A stretch of 63,682 bases of DNA, the filler included. It is 4 parts of 4 records of this genome, joined end to end, with 100 filler letters (N's around TTAATTAATTAA, not from the genome) between each part and the next. Parts side by side here need not be neighbours in the genome. Positions count along the whole stretch, not along the records: positions 28,993 to 56,894 come from SRR2962707_1741; positions 56,995 to 63,682 come from SRR2962707_1742; 2 more parts are not named here. One strand, 5' to 3'. The position numbers and the translations under genes were made by a program. This document shows positions 50,201 through 58,936 of this stretch, piece after piece (positions within the stretch are counted from its first letter, which is position 1; each line of letters starts with the position of its first letter). The notes beneath the pieces were generated by a model. The model was not told the DNA's origin. It did no database searches and saw only the letters and a program-made list of their open reading frames with translations.

Positions 50201-51005
50201 TGGTGTGGTCGTCGGGGGCTATAAAACAGCCAAGATGAAGTTCCGCCCAAAGGATCTCGAGGTCGAGTTCGCGAGCCAGCCGGGGATCAAATTCACCTAC
50301 TTTGCGGGCGAGTTCTCCGGCGAGGAGGGATCACCCGATCTCGAGCTCGCCTACGCGCTGACAGTGCACAAGACCCAAGGGAGCCAGTTCGGTCGATCGT
50401 ACCTGGTTCTTCCGCGCAACTGCCGCCCACTTTCGCGAGAGCTGCTCTACACCGCCATCACCCGGCACCGGGATGAACTCGTCATCCTTCACGAGGACGA
50501 ACCGGGGGCGCTACGCCGCTACGCGGATCCGTCGGCGTCCGAGATCGCGCGCCGGATGACCGACCTTTTCACTGATCCCGGCCCCGTCGAGGTCAAGACG
50601 AGCTCGGGGCCCCGCTTCCTCGACCAGCACCTCCTGCACCGCACTAGCAGGGGTGAGTTCGTCAGGTCGAAGTCCGAACTAGCGATCGCCGAGAAGCTGC
50701 ATGGGATGGGCATCGCCTACGTATATGAGCAGCCCGTGTTGCTAGGAGGCAAGACCCGATGGCCCGACTTCACGATTGCCGACGACGAGTCCGGCGTCAC
50801 TTACTACTGGGAGCACCTGGGAATGCTGTCGGACCCGCAATACGCGGCGCGATGGCAGACCAAGCGAGCCGCATACCTCGCGGCCGGAATCCGGCCGATT
50901 GAGGAGAATGTGGGTGGGGACGTGCTAATCGAGACACGCGAGCTTCCCGGCACCGGACTCGACATGAGTGAGGTGGAAAGGCTCGCGAAGCTGATGTCGT
51001 CCTAG
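47247..51005 (+). CDS. RecD-like SF1B helicase with large N-terminal region and C-terminal PD-(D/E)xK-like nuclease
   Basis: GPAGSGKTT, LAPTGKA, VDECSM, GDPRQLPPIG, TVHKTQGSQF, YTAITR; tail RSKSE..IA...YEQP...PDFTI...WEHLG. Confidence 0.9.
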   Translation: MISGSRKLPSQHVTIRVPWHDGGWNGRVCTSPSTNTSCLVLSRIAAGKRDDQDEQAGQLFEELATSVMPPCIDERVSFMADHDLVVKKQHPYKSSSPESHGHFGETTLRLEAFSAACIPFGWMLKSNVEGDEKSGEVGKAAALRLGYEPEREPELSFKTGWVQDKANQLVMLDTFFGALEPGTSLCFFYAKKTPLSESASRVIIGAARVKGIGQYTEYAYDAPGELQGVLWERCVRHSLRPGGADGFLMPYYEVLAAADADAGIAVDECVAFAPDDQFDAFSYGSEHLSHDGAIGSLLACAGALRASAKVIETDISTALAWIDREVARLWTARGVHPGLGSALTAFGLEHGALLAHEIARVGSKEGEIFDAFSFIDGFAAASKSFPQAETFGFGSTYREKWRGLAKPRRQLLDLIARCSLNPDQAIRAYQPSQRNYSEETTDAEILANPYLLFERDEAAADRTAFGIIDRGVFPADAVRAKVPLPPGTVMSDGIDRRRVRGLVTELLERAVQLEGHTLLPRSWIVRRALDSALEPRCAVDEDVLEMAAAHLAQTLEEAKTSGGEPALKLRRYGSARTAITNAVRKRVSGKRHALAHDWRALVNAALPEMDVGPDAETEELARQEKTAALEQLASGRFSVLVGPAGSGKTTLLKVICDLPEVAAGRVLLLAPTGKARVRLEEATERLGEGMTIAQFLQRHERYDGSSGRYFRNPEAPREKGYRSVVVDECSMLTEDQLAALIDAIEGVDRLILVGDPRQLPPIGAGRPFVDICRHLAPDDAKSKFPKMAPGYAELTIIGRQRGHDRGDVLLARQFSGEPLDAGADEVWDALQLGTLSHVRTVRWSLPSDLELVLTEELVRGLKLTDGSDQNGFEQSIGGSEWEGHVLFWARRSGETEGGAAASSHDWQILSPVRAGLSGVEAINLAVQRRFRSKVRDKALSRYPKIPKPAGPQGVLWGDKVINLRNNGRRRTYPHQDRPYIANGDIGVVVGGYKTAKMKFRPKDLEVEFASQPGIKFTYFAGEFSGEEGSPDLELAYALTVHKTQGSQFGRSYLVLPRNCRPLSRELLYTAITRHRDELVILHEDEPGALRRYADPSASEIARRMTDLFTDPGPVEVKTSSGPRFLDQHLLHRTSRGEFVRSKSELAIAEKLHGMGIAYVYEQPVLLGGKTRWPDFTIADDESGVTYYWEHLGMLSDPQYAARWQTKRAAYLAAGIRPIEENVGGDVLIETRELPGTGLDMSEVERLAKLMSS

Positions 51006-51011
51006 CAGGTT

Positions 51012-51049
51012 GCCGGTGGAACGGCCGCGCTGGCGGCCGTTCCACCGGC
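51012..51049. terminator. Perfect 17-bp inverted repeat after the helicase stop
   Basis: gccggtggaacggccgc-gctg-gcggccgttccaccggc; no U tract, so function uncertain. Confidence 0.5.
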
Positions 51050-51155
51050 GGACCTAGGTCGGCTCCTGACGGATGCGATCGTTCACCGCGATCGATGCGA
51101 ACGCCGGCTAAGTCGCAAACCCCGTCGTTCTTGCCAGTTGCCGATGTGAGTCCCG

Positions 51156-51216
51156 AATGTCCGCTTTTGGGAGAGGCAATGACAACAACAAGCGACCAGT
51201 TGGGGGCGCAAGGCGG
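51156..51216. repeat. Dispersed ~61-bp imperfect palindromic repeat, copy 1
   Basis: aatgtccgcttttgg...gggggcgcaaggcgg; similar copy at 54990-55051. Confidence 0.55.
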
Positions 51217-51489
51217 AAATGATTTGCGCTTCGGGGCCGTAAGCCGTCAGGCAGCTTTTGGTAACGAAGCGGAGAAGGGAGACTTTGGCCTTGTCAAGCT
51301 CGGCGTCACTTCCGGTCCAAAACCAACGTTTGGAGCGTTCATAGCAAGCGACCGCTATCGCCCTCATGCGGGACCTAAAAGTCACGGTGCTGGTTCGAGG
51401 AAAGCAGACATTCGTTCCCGATGCTAAGTAGGGCAGCCGCTAGAGTAGAGTTTATCGCAGATCGCAGCAGGGCGCGAACGCCCAACTAG

Positions 51490-52440
51490 ATGGTCGCGAC
51501 CATCTTTTTCGTAGTTTTGTACGATAGGACTTGGCGGCGCGCCGTTCCCGCGATTTGCGCGGCTATCTCCCAGCTGCGCCCCCCGGCAACACGAGGCACG
51601 CCGGACAATGCCGTAGGGAAGTACAAGGACGATGCTACACCTATCTATATCCTGTCCTATAGCGGCGTCGGCGTGCCTGCTGTAATCGGCACACGGTTCC
51701 AAGCTCTGGCAGCCGCTCTAGAGATCGCACCGGCGCAAGCGCGGGTGTTAGCCGCGACCTGGGCCAGCGCAGGGAACGCTGTCGGGCGTGCCGTCCCTGA
51801 ACCAGGCGATGACAAGACGTTGCTTCTGGCCGAAGCGGTCATGGGCTTCCATTTCGCCTTCGCGGCCGGCAACCGTCGCGATGCCTTGGTTCGGCTCCAT
51901 AGGACGGTGCTGCAAGTGCGGGGTGTAATCGCAAACGCAGGTGACTATACCACACATGTCACGGCCAGCGGCCCGGACGACGGGCGGTGGCGGCCTGAGA
52001 TCATCGCCATTGGTCGGACTCTTAAGGTTTTGCCCGGCGAGAGCCCCGAGGACTGGTTGAAGAGGGCCCGGAGCCTTCTCGGATCAAGCCTCATCGGAAC
52101 CTCGACCATCGGTCAGCGCCTGAAGTTCAACAACAAGCTTGTCCAGGTTCTTGCGGAAGTATCCGCTACTGCTTTACCGGCAAAAGCGATCCATGCGGTA
52201 AAGGGCCTGGAGTTTCCGGCCGTGTGCGTTGTGCTCACCGCCCAGACTGCGGGCGGTATCCTGGAGGTCTTGAGCGGCGGTGCATCGGACGCCGACACGG
52301 TAGAGGAAACCCGCAAAATATATGTCGCCGCTTCCCGCGCCGAACGACTTCTGGCCATCGCGGCGCCGAAGAGCCGCGTCGCGACTTTGAAGAAGTTACT
52401 GGATGTCGGCGGACATTCTGCGGAGATCATCGTGCTTTGA
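51490..52440 (+). pseudogene. 5'-truncated UvrD-like helicase (C-terminal half only)
   Basis: IHAVKGLEF and YVAASRA present; no Walker A/B. Confidence 0.75.
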
Positions 52441-53626
52441 ACACAACGCACCGAGTTTCGAAAAGATGGACCGACGCGGCGCTCGAATTACAGATTTGTT
52501 CGCTCGAGCAGACGATTGAGCAGTGGGCGGTCGAGCACGACCTGTGGTTCGACTGCAGCTTCACCAGCTACTCGGCTCACAATGGAGGGGAGCCTGGTGC
52601 TCCGGCTGTCGTCACGGTGATCTGCACGGGGTGCTGAGCGGCGAAGATGGCGAAGGATACGAACCCGCCTTCACGCGCCTCGTAGATGGCATCGGCTACG
52701 AGTACGAAAACATCGACGGGGTAACTATTCACTTTTGTCCGACGAACCCGGACCTCGCCGCTGCATTCGAGGACTACTTCCACTGGCAGTGGGTCTGCAG
52801 CCTGATTACCGACGACACAGCCGACATCTATCACGAGCTCTACGAGCAATTCGCGGCGCACCCGGACCGCTTGCAGCGTCTCCATTGGCGGGAGTTCGAG
52901 ATTTTGTTGTTTCGGCTGTTCCAAAATCAGGGTTTCGAAACGCTGCTGGGCCCTGGTCAGGGTGATGAGGGCGTCGATCTACGCCTTGTTCAGCGGTCGC
53001 CTTTGGGCGACGTTCTAACCTTCGTCCAAGCGAAGCGCTATCGAGCCGATCGCCCCGTGAAATTGCCCGAGGTACAGGCTCTCTACGGCGCCGCGCAGCT
53101 CGACCATGCCGACAATGCGTTGTTTGTCACGACCTCGGACTATGCGCCGGCACCGAAACGATGGGCGGCCCGGTCCGATGGATTTATCCAGCTGGCCGCC
53201 GCAGACGAGGTGGTGAAATGGTGCGCCGGTGCAAAGGCTGGCGTTATCTTAGATCGGGCATCATTGGTGGCTCGTGATCGGGTCGAGGGCTTGATCCATG
53301 CCGCAGCGCAGGGCGCGCGCGGGCTAGTTGTCCATGCATCGGGCGGTTGGAATATCACCGACAATTGGTTCGCGCTGGTGCTTAAGGAGACCAAGCACGC
53401 TGCTCTGCTTATGGGCGTGCCGGCCGTGGTGTTCGATCATGATGGTTATGGCCAAATTGGCCGGCACGTGCCGAAACTCGACCCGACCACCATCGATCTC
53501 TTTCGGTCGGAAAATGTCTGGCGCGCTACCCGTTCAAACGACAATGGGCGCATACGCTATTGGGACGGGCAGCATCTCTTCAGTGCCTGGAATGGCCAAC
53601 CTTGTAGCTTCAACCTCATGGACTGA
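52437..53626 (+). pseudogene. Mrr-like restriction endonuclease domain protein, frameshift near 52625
   Basis: WREFEILL, GDEGVDL, VQAKRY, FVTTS; N-terminus from TTG overlapping the upstream stop is in another frame. Confidence 0.75.
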
Positions 53627-53806
53627 CGCAGAGGTGGCTCTATCAAAGGGTCAGTCCGAATGCCGTTCGGAACGGAGATTCAAGGTCCACCGTTGGCGCA
53701 AATGGGCCGACGTGTTTGATAGCCCGGACGAGCACTTCCAGGACTACTGAGACCTGTTTAACGCTCGAAATTGGGCGCTTTGTCGCAATGCCGCAGGACG
53801 AGCCTA

Positions 53807-54890
53807 TTAACGCTCCAGCCCCATCAGCATGTTATCAAGCTTGTCGACAAGCGTGATCAGGTGGTCGCTGCCGGCATCTCGCGCCTTCAGCACGTTGCAT
53901 AGTTCCTCAACCGACAGGCTGAGAATGAGCTTGCCGCTTTCCCGCAATGCGCCGCGCATCGCCGCATTAGCGCCCGTGTTGGCGCCGTGCCGCGAGACGA
54001 TGATCGCAGCGCCCCGCATCGCGACAGGATAGAGATATTTCTCGGTGGTGTGGATCTCACGCTGGGTAATCTGCTTTTTGTAATTCTTGAACTCGAAAAC
54101 TATGTAACGCGCCCTGAAATCGGTGATTAGCGCCTGCCAGAAATCCTCCTTTGACGCAATGCGCGCCACTAGGTCAAAAATATTGTGCCCGGTATCTGAC
54201 CCATGCTGATCGTCGAACGCGACTAGCTCGTCTTTAAACAGCCAGCGGATCGCCGCCTCGCACGCATCTTCGAATGGCTTAGACACGGTCTTGCCGACCT
54301 TGTGGATGTCGGCGCAAAGCTGCGCGCCCGTCTGCGGCGACTCGAGGAGCGCTTCGTCTGGCACCTTCGGCGGAAGCGCATCGACCCCGCGCAACACCGC
54401 AATCAGCGTCGCCGCATCCACTGGCTGCGCGGTCGGTAGATCCTCGCCGCGAAACACGAGCGCGCTCCGGCTAATGTCCTCAAGTTCGAGCGCCAGACGA
54501 GGATGATGAGCAGCAAGCGCCGCGAGGATGTCGAAATCATAGATGCGAAGGCAGGGAAACCGCTGAAGCTGGTTGTGTGGGCGAGAGTCGGCTGTTGGTG
54601 GTCAGGATGCCGAAGGCTGCGCCACCTTTAAGCCGCGCGCGTTCGAGATGCTCGAGCGCCTGCACTATATTGCGTGAGGCGGGCGTCATCGAGCTGTAGA
54701 GCTTGACCTCGACGACTGCGAGGGCCGCGTCGCTATGCACCGTAAAATCGTAGCCCCGATCTCGTCCATCACGGCCCAGCTCGATCGTGAAGCCCTGATG
54801 CTCGAAGAGTGCTTGGATAAACCTCTCTAACTGAAATGCGAGCCGCGAAAGATTACGTTGGTCCACCAAAGTCCCTCTCCCCTCATACAA
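53807..54890 (-). pseudogene. Tandem restriction-endonuclease-fold protein, frameshift near 54560
   Basis: N part LERF...DRGYDF...VEVK; other frame continues LRIYDFDIL...FDLVARI...FEFKNY. Confidence 0.75.
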
Positions 54891-54989
54891 GTGCCCTAGT
54901 GATCATCGTACCAGCAAAGGTTCGCGAAAACACCGCCTGACTCGTCTCGCGCACTCCCACAGGTCTACGCGGTACAGATCCCCCTTTCC

Positions 54990-55051
54990 AATGGCCGCTT
55001 TTGGAGTTGTCGATGATCGGCCCGAACGTTGGGAATGGGGCCGCAAAGCGG
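54990..55051. repeat. Dispersed ~62-bp imperfect palindromic repeat, copy 2
   Basis: aatggccgcttttgg...ggggccgcaaagcgg. Confidence 0.55.
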
Positions 55052-55138
55052 TCACTATCAAAGAGATGACCATCGTCCGCCAATAGGCAAACCACGCACA
55101 TGAACTTGGTACTCACGAACCGCGCAAAGCCTTCTGGA

Positions 55139-55259
55139 CTTCCTTGGTGAAGGAAGCATTGGTAGCGTTGGGTTAGGTCGTGAACGACGACGGCTGCCCC
55201 TGCCCGCGACGCGGGCTTCCCTCAGTGCGGGGCCGGATAGTCCGGTCTCTGAAACTGAG
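55139..55259 (+). promoter_or_regulatory. Structured leader (four hairpins) upstream of the recombinase operon
   Basis: cttcctt/aaggaag, gtcgt/acgac, gcccgcg/cgcgggc, and ctcagt/actgag enclosing ggccgga/tccggtc. Confidence 0.5.
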
Positions 55260-55267
55260 TGGAGATT

Positions 55268-55627
55268 ATGATGAACACCCAAATGACGAAGAGTCACGCC
55301 GACCAGAATATGGGAGTGCGATCGGCTGTAACGAGTAAGCCTCGGCAGGTCAGGGGAGCATGCCGAACGGGCGCGAGCAAGTCGGGTGCGAAGAGCAAAC
55401 AAGACCAGTTGATCGGCTTGCTGTCGAAACCGAACGGTGCGCGCATCTCAGTGATCATCGAACGTCTGGGCTGGCAGGCGCATACGGTACGGGCGGCGGT
55501 GTCAGGCCTGCGCAAGCAAGGCTTTGAGATTGCCACCTCGAAGTCGGCGAAGACCAGCGAGATTGTCTACGCCATCAAAGCCCGGCCCGAAACGGAAGCC
55601 GCCGAGCCGGTTGAGGCGTCGTCATGA
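55268..55627 (+). CDS. DUF3489 family winged-helix protein
   Basis: SKQDQLIGLL..PNGA, LGWQAHTVRAAVSGL. Confidence 0.88.
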   Translation: MMNTQMTKSHADQNMGVRSAVTSKPRQVRGACRTGASKSGAKSKQDQLIGLLSKPNGARISVIIERLGWQAHTVRAAVSGLRKQGFEIATSKSAKTSEIVYAIKARPETEAAEPVEASS

Positions 55628-56073
55628 ACCGGGCGGTGGCTGACAAGCCAGTCGCTGGCGTGGTCGCCTTCGACTCCTTGAGCCGGGAAGCCTGCATCGA
55701 TCAGTGGAGGCGGACGATAGGTGGGCAACCCCTCAAATACGTCTCGGTGCAGTTCATGCGGAGAGCACTGGCCTATGAGGCGCAGGTCAAAGCCCATGGC
55801 GGCCATTCAGCGGCGGTTCGAAAGGCTCTCAAAGCGGCTTTGAAGCAGGATCAAAAGCCCGCAGGGAAGCTTGGGAGCCGGAAGCCGCCTTCGCAATCGG
55901 TCCTGCACCCGGGCACTCATCTGGTGCGGGAGTGGAATGGCCGCACCTATCAGGTGGAGGTGCTTGATGGAGGCTTCCAACTCGATGGCAAGCGGTACCG
56001 CTCACTCAGCGCCATTGCCCGCAAGATCACCGGGGCTCATTGGTCCGGCCCCCGGTTCTTCGGATTGGGGTAG
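55624..56073 (+). CDS. DUF2924 family protein
   Basis: PGTHLVREWNG, SLSAIARKITGAHWSGPRFFGL. Confidence 0.93.
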   Translation: MNRAVADKPVAGVVAFDSLSREACIDQWRRTIGGQPLKYVSVQFMRRALAYEAQVKAHGGHSAAVRKALKAALKQDQKPAGKLGSRKPPSQSVLHPGTHLVREWNGRTYQVEVLDGGFQLDGKRYRSLSAIARKITGAHWSGPRFFGLG

Positions 56074-56076
56074 GCC

Positions 56077-56894
56077 ATGAAAAAGATCCGCTGCGCCATC
56101 TATACAAGGAAGTCCTCCGAGGAGGGGCTGGACCAGGAGTTCAATTCGCTCCATGCCCAGCGTGAAGCCTGTGCCGCCTATATCGCCAGCCAGAAGCATG
56201 AAGGCTGGACACCGCTGCCCCAGCACTATGATGATGGTGGCATATCCGGTGGCACGCTGGAGAGGGCAGGGCTGAAGCGACTCCTGCAGGATATCGATGA
56301 GGGGCTGGTTGACCAGATCGTGGTCTACAAGATCGACCGGCTCACCCGGTCACTGGCGGACTTTGCCAAACTTGTCGACCGCTTGGATGCGGCGGACGCT
56401 TCGTTCGTGTCGGTAACGCAATCCTTCAATACAGCCACCAGCATGGGGCGGCTGACACTGAATGTGCTTCTGTCCTTTGCCCAATTCGAACGCGAGGTCA
56501 CGGCTGAACGTATCCGCGACAAGATTGCGGCATCGAAGAAGAAGGGGCTCTGGATGGGTGGGACGATCCCGTTGGGATACGAGCCGGATGGACGGTCCCT
56601 GAAGATTGTGCCGGAGGAAGCCGAGACCGTCAGGACGCTGTACGACCTCTATCTGAGGTACGGATCCATCAAGGCAGTCCTGGGGCATGCCGATCGATTG
56701 GGCCTGCGCAGCAAGGCCCGGGTGAAGAAGGCAGCGAAGACGCAAACCGGAAACGTCGAGCAGGCTAGCGTCAAAGGCGCAGCTGAGATCGATGAACGTC
56801 AGGTGGATGCTGTCACGAACCCGGACGCGATCACCGTTGATGGGCATCACCGGAATGGCGGCAATGTTCCGTTCGAACGGGCGGGCCTCCACTA
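56077..56894 (+). CDS. Large serine recombinase (partial, N-terminal)
   Basis: RCAIYTRKS (catalytic Ser), KIDRLTRS, FAQFERE, WMGG..PLGY. Confidence 0.95.
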
Positions 56895-56994
56895 NNNNNN
56901 NNNNNNNNNNNNNNNNNNNNNNNNNNNNNNNNNNNNNNTTAATTAATTAANNNNNNNNNNNNNNNNNNNNNNNNNNNNNNNNNNNNNNNNNNNN
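56895..56994. other. Artificial contig spacer
   Basis: N run with TTAATTAATTAA; abrupt drop in GC afterwards. Confidence 0.99.
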
Positions 56995-57061
56995 CAATAT
57001 ATAAAAACTAAATTACATCTTGCCCTTTAGGCTATGGTGTAAGCTTCCCTAAAATAGGAAT

Positions 57062-57310
57062 TTGCTTATCGTGATAGATGAGCAGATCATTAGTGCATTC
57101 GGTAAAGTTTTGAAGAAGCATCGAGAGGCAAGAGGGTTGTCTCAGGAGGCTTTGGCTCATGCCATCCAATCTCATGCCACTCATATTTCTCGATTAGAGA
57201 ATGGCCACAAACAACCAACTCTTACTACTCTCTTTAAACTTGCTCATCAGCTAGGGATGGAACCCGAGGAATTAATATCAGAACTGAAACTTCATAATAG
57301 AAGATCGTAA
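57062..57310 (+). CDS. XRE family HTH regulator
   Basis: FGKVL...R...GLSQEALA...ISRLENG..QPTL; start uncertain. Confidence 0.9.
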   Translation: MLIVIDEQIISAFGKVLKKHREARGLSQEALAHAIQSHATHISRLENGHKQPTLTTLFKLAHQLGMEPEELISELKLHNRRS

Positions 57311-57378
57311 CTTTTTAATTTCAAATCTTATAATTAGAGTAAGTTTTCTAATTTCTCCAGTCATAAATAACTATCATT

Positions 57379-58401
57379 ATGAGTTCGAAATACCACACTA
57401 GTGATGGATACAACTCTGTTCAGTACCTTGAAGATATTGCTGTAAAAGCAATCAAGAAAAGATTTAACCTCACTCAAAATCAAGGATTGGATATTCTTGC
57501 AAAATCGCTTCTGTTTGAAGATTATGATCACCTTTATCAAGAATGTAGAATTGAAGGTCCCGACTATGATGTCCTAAATGGATGTTTTTTTAGTGAATTC
57601 GTCCTTTCTGAGCAATTAGGTATATCTTCCAAAGAAGCATACAATCTAAAAAATGAGATTGATGATTATCATTTCTATGGGTCCGGAGTTTCTCATGGTA
57701 ATATTGAGGTCGCTAATTTGAATGTTGTCAATAAGTACTCATTAAAAGTTAGTTCAGGATATGAGTCTAGGATAATGTTCGGCTATCCGATTCAGTTCTA
57801 TTGTCGGAATTATGATCGATCATTTTTTCTTGAATGTGGAGATGAGTATTCAATAAATGCCCTGTGGTGTGACGATTTTAGTTTCATACATCCAAACTAT
57901 TTTATGTCTTCACAAAACATGATTATTTATGTTGAATCTATTCTTCAGTCTTTGTTATCCTATAATAATCTCATTATCAGCAATTCATTTGTTGAATTTT
58001 GGAGAAGTTACAATTCGAACCTATTCCAATTTGTAACAGACAATTTTGAAAACCACTCTACATGGTTTCTTGATGGAGATGATATAAAACCTTATGGTTT
58101 ACTCTTTCCATTGGGGGGTGAAAGTCTACGTAATAGGATAAATACTAAATTGGAAAATATTGCCAACATTCCAACTGAAGGTTCGTGTGAAAAAATAGAA
58201 CTAATAGATAAAGGGAGTATTTTCAAAGAGGCTAGGGCGAAACTTGGGATGACCAAGACTAGGTTAGCGGATTTATCTGATATAAGTGTTAGAACAATCT
58301 ATAATGTTGAAAACGAAGTATGCTCCCATAATTCATATACGATAAGAAAACTCGCTACGGTACTCCAATTGGACATTTCAAATAGGTTTCCTTCTACGTG
58401 A
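57379..58401 (+). CDS. Hypothetical protein with C-terminal XRE HTH
   Basis: ARAKLGMTKTRLA...ISVRTIYNVE at the C-terminus. Confidence 0.75.
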   Translation: MSSKYHTSDGYNSVQYLEDIAVKAIKKRFNLTQNQGLDILAKSLLFEDYDHLYQECRIEGPDYDVLNGCFFSEFVLSEQLGISSKEAYNLKNEIDDYHFYGSGVSHGNIEVANLNVVNKYSLKVSSGYESRIMFGYPIQFYCRNYDRSFFLECGDEYSINALWCDDFSFIHPNYFMSSQNMIIYVESILQSLLSYNNLIISNSFVEFWRSYNSNLFQFVTDNFENHSTWFLDGDDIKPYGLLFPLGGESLRNRINTKLENIANIPTEGSCEKIELIDKGSIFKEARAKLGMTKTRLADLSDISVRTIYNVENEVCSHNSYTIRKLATVLQLDISNRFPST

Positions 58402-58803
58402 TAGCCGAGCTAGAATCTTCTCATCAAGATCACTTTTTCTTTTAATTGATTTGGATTGATCATCCAATATTTCAATCATATCTAATAGTTGGACTCGGTA
58501 AGTCAATGGAAAATCAAATATCTTTTGATATGATTCTTCAAGTGCTAAATTGATTTCATCTGAGCTATCAATATCACCATAACACAACCACATCAAATCT
58601 ACTTCTAGGGCATTGGCTATCTTGATCAAGGTATTAAAGTGAATATTATCTCCGACTCCCTTTTCGTAATCGTACATTGCAACCTTACTGATACCTGCCG
58701 ACTCAGCGAATTGAGGAACTGTCAATTTCAAACGAGCTCTCGCCTCAGTAATTCTAAATCCAACCTCCTTTAGTATAAGCTCATCGTTAATCATGGTTAA
58801 CAA
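58378..58803 (-). CDS. XRE family repressor, divergent from the transposase
   Basis: RITEAR...FAESAGIS...YEKG...KIANALEV. Confidence 0.87.
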   Translation of the reverse strand: MLTMINDELILKEVGFRITEARARLKLTVPQFAESAGISKVAMYDYEKGVGDNIHFNTLIKIANALEVDLMWLCYGDIDSSDEINLALEESYQKIFDFPLTYRVQLLDMIEILDDQSKSIKRKSDLDEKILARLSRRRKPI

Positions 58804-58834
58804 AACTAGACCAAATACTTATCTATCGTTCGCT

Positions 58835-58927
58835 ATAGTTAACAATAGTTAACCATCGGCAATACTTTGCCGACCTTTTAAAAGCTAGTTAAAAGAGGTT
58901 TTAAGCTATTTACTTACCTAAGTAAAT
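58835..58927. promoter_or_regulatory. Candidate operators in the divergent repressor/transposase promoter
   Basis: atagttaac twice (58835, 58845); tcggcaa-tact-ttgccga (58856-58873); atttactta-cc-taagtaaat (58908-58927). Confidence 0.5.
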
Positions 58928-58936
58928 CTTATCATT

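Larger units (their letters stand above)
28993..56894. mobile_element. Serine-recombinase-associated genomic (defence-like) island, boundaries incomplete
   Basis: Recombinase 3' end at left, DUF3489-DUF2924-recombinase 5' end at right, no housekeeping genes, many conflict-type domains and pseudogenes. Confidence 0.8.

Noticed and set aside
51490-52440. Gabija system
   Set aside because: Only a UvrD C-terminal half; no OLD-family GajA
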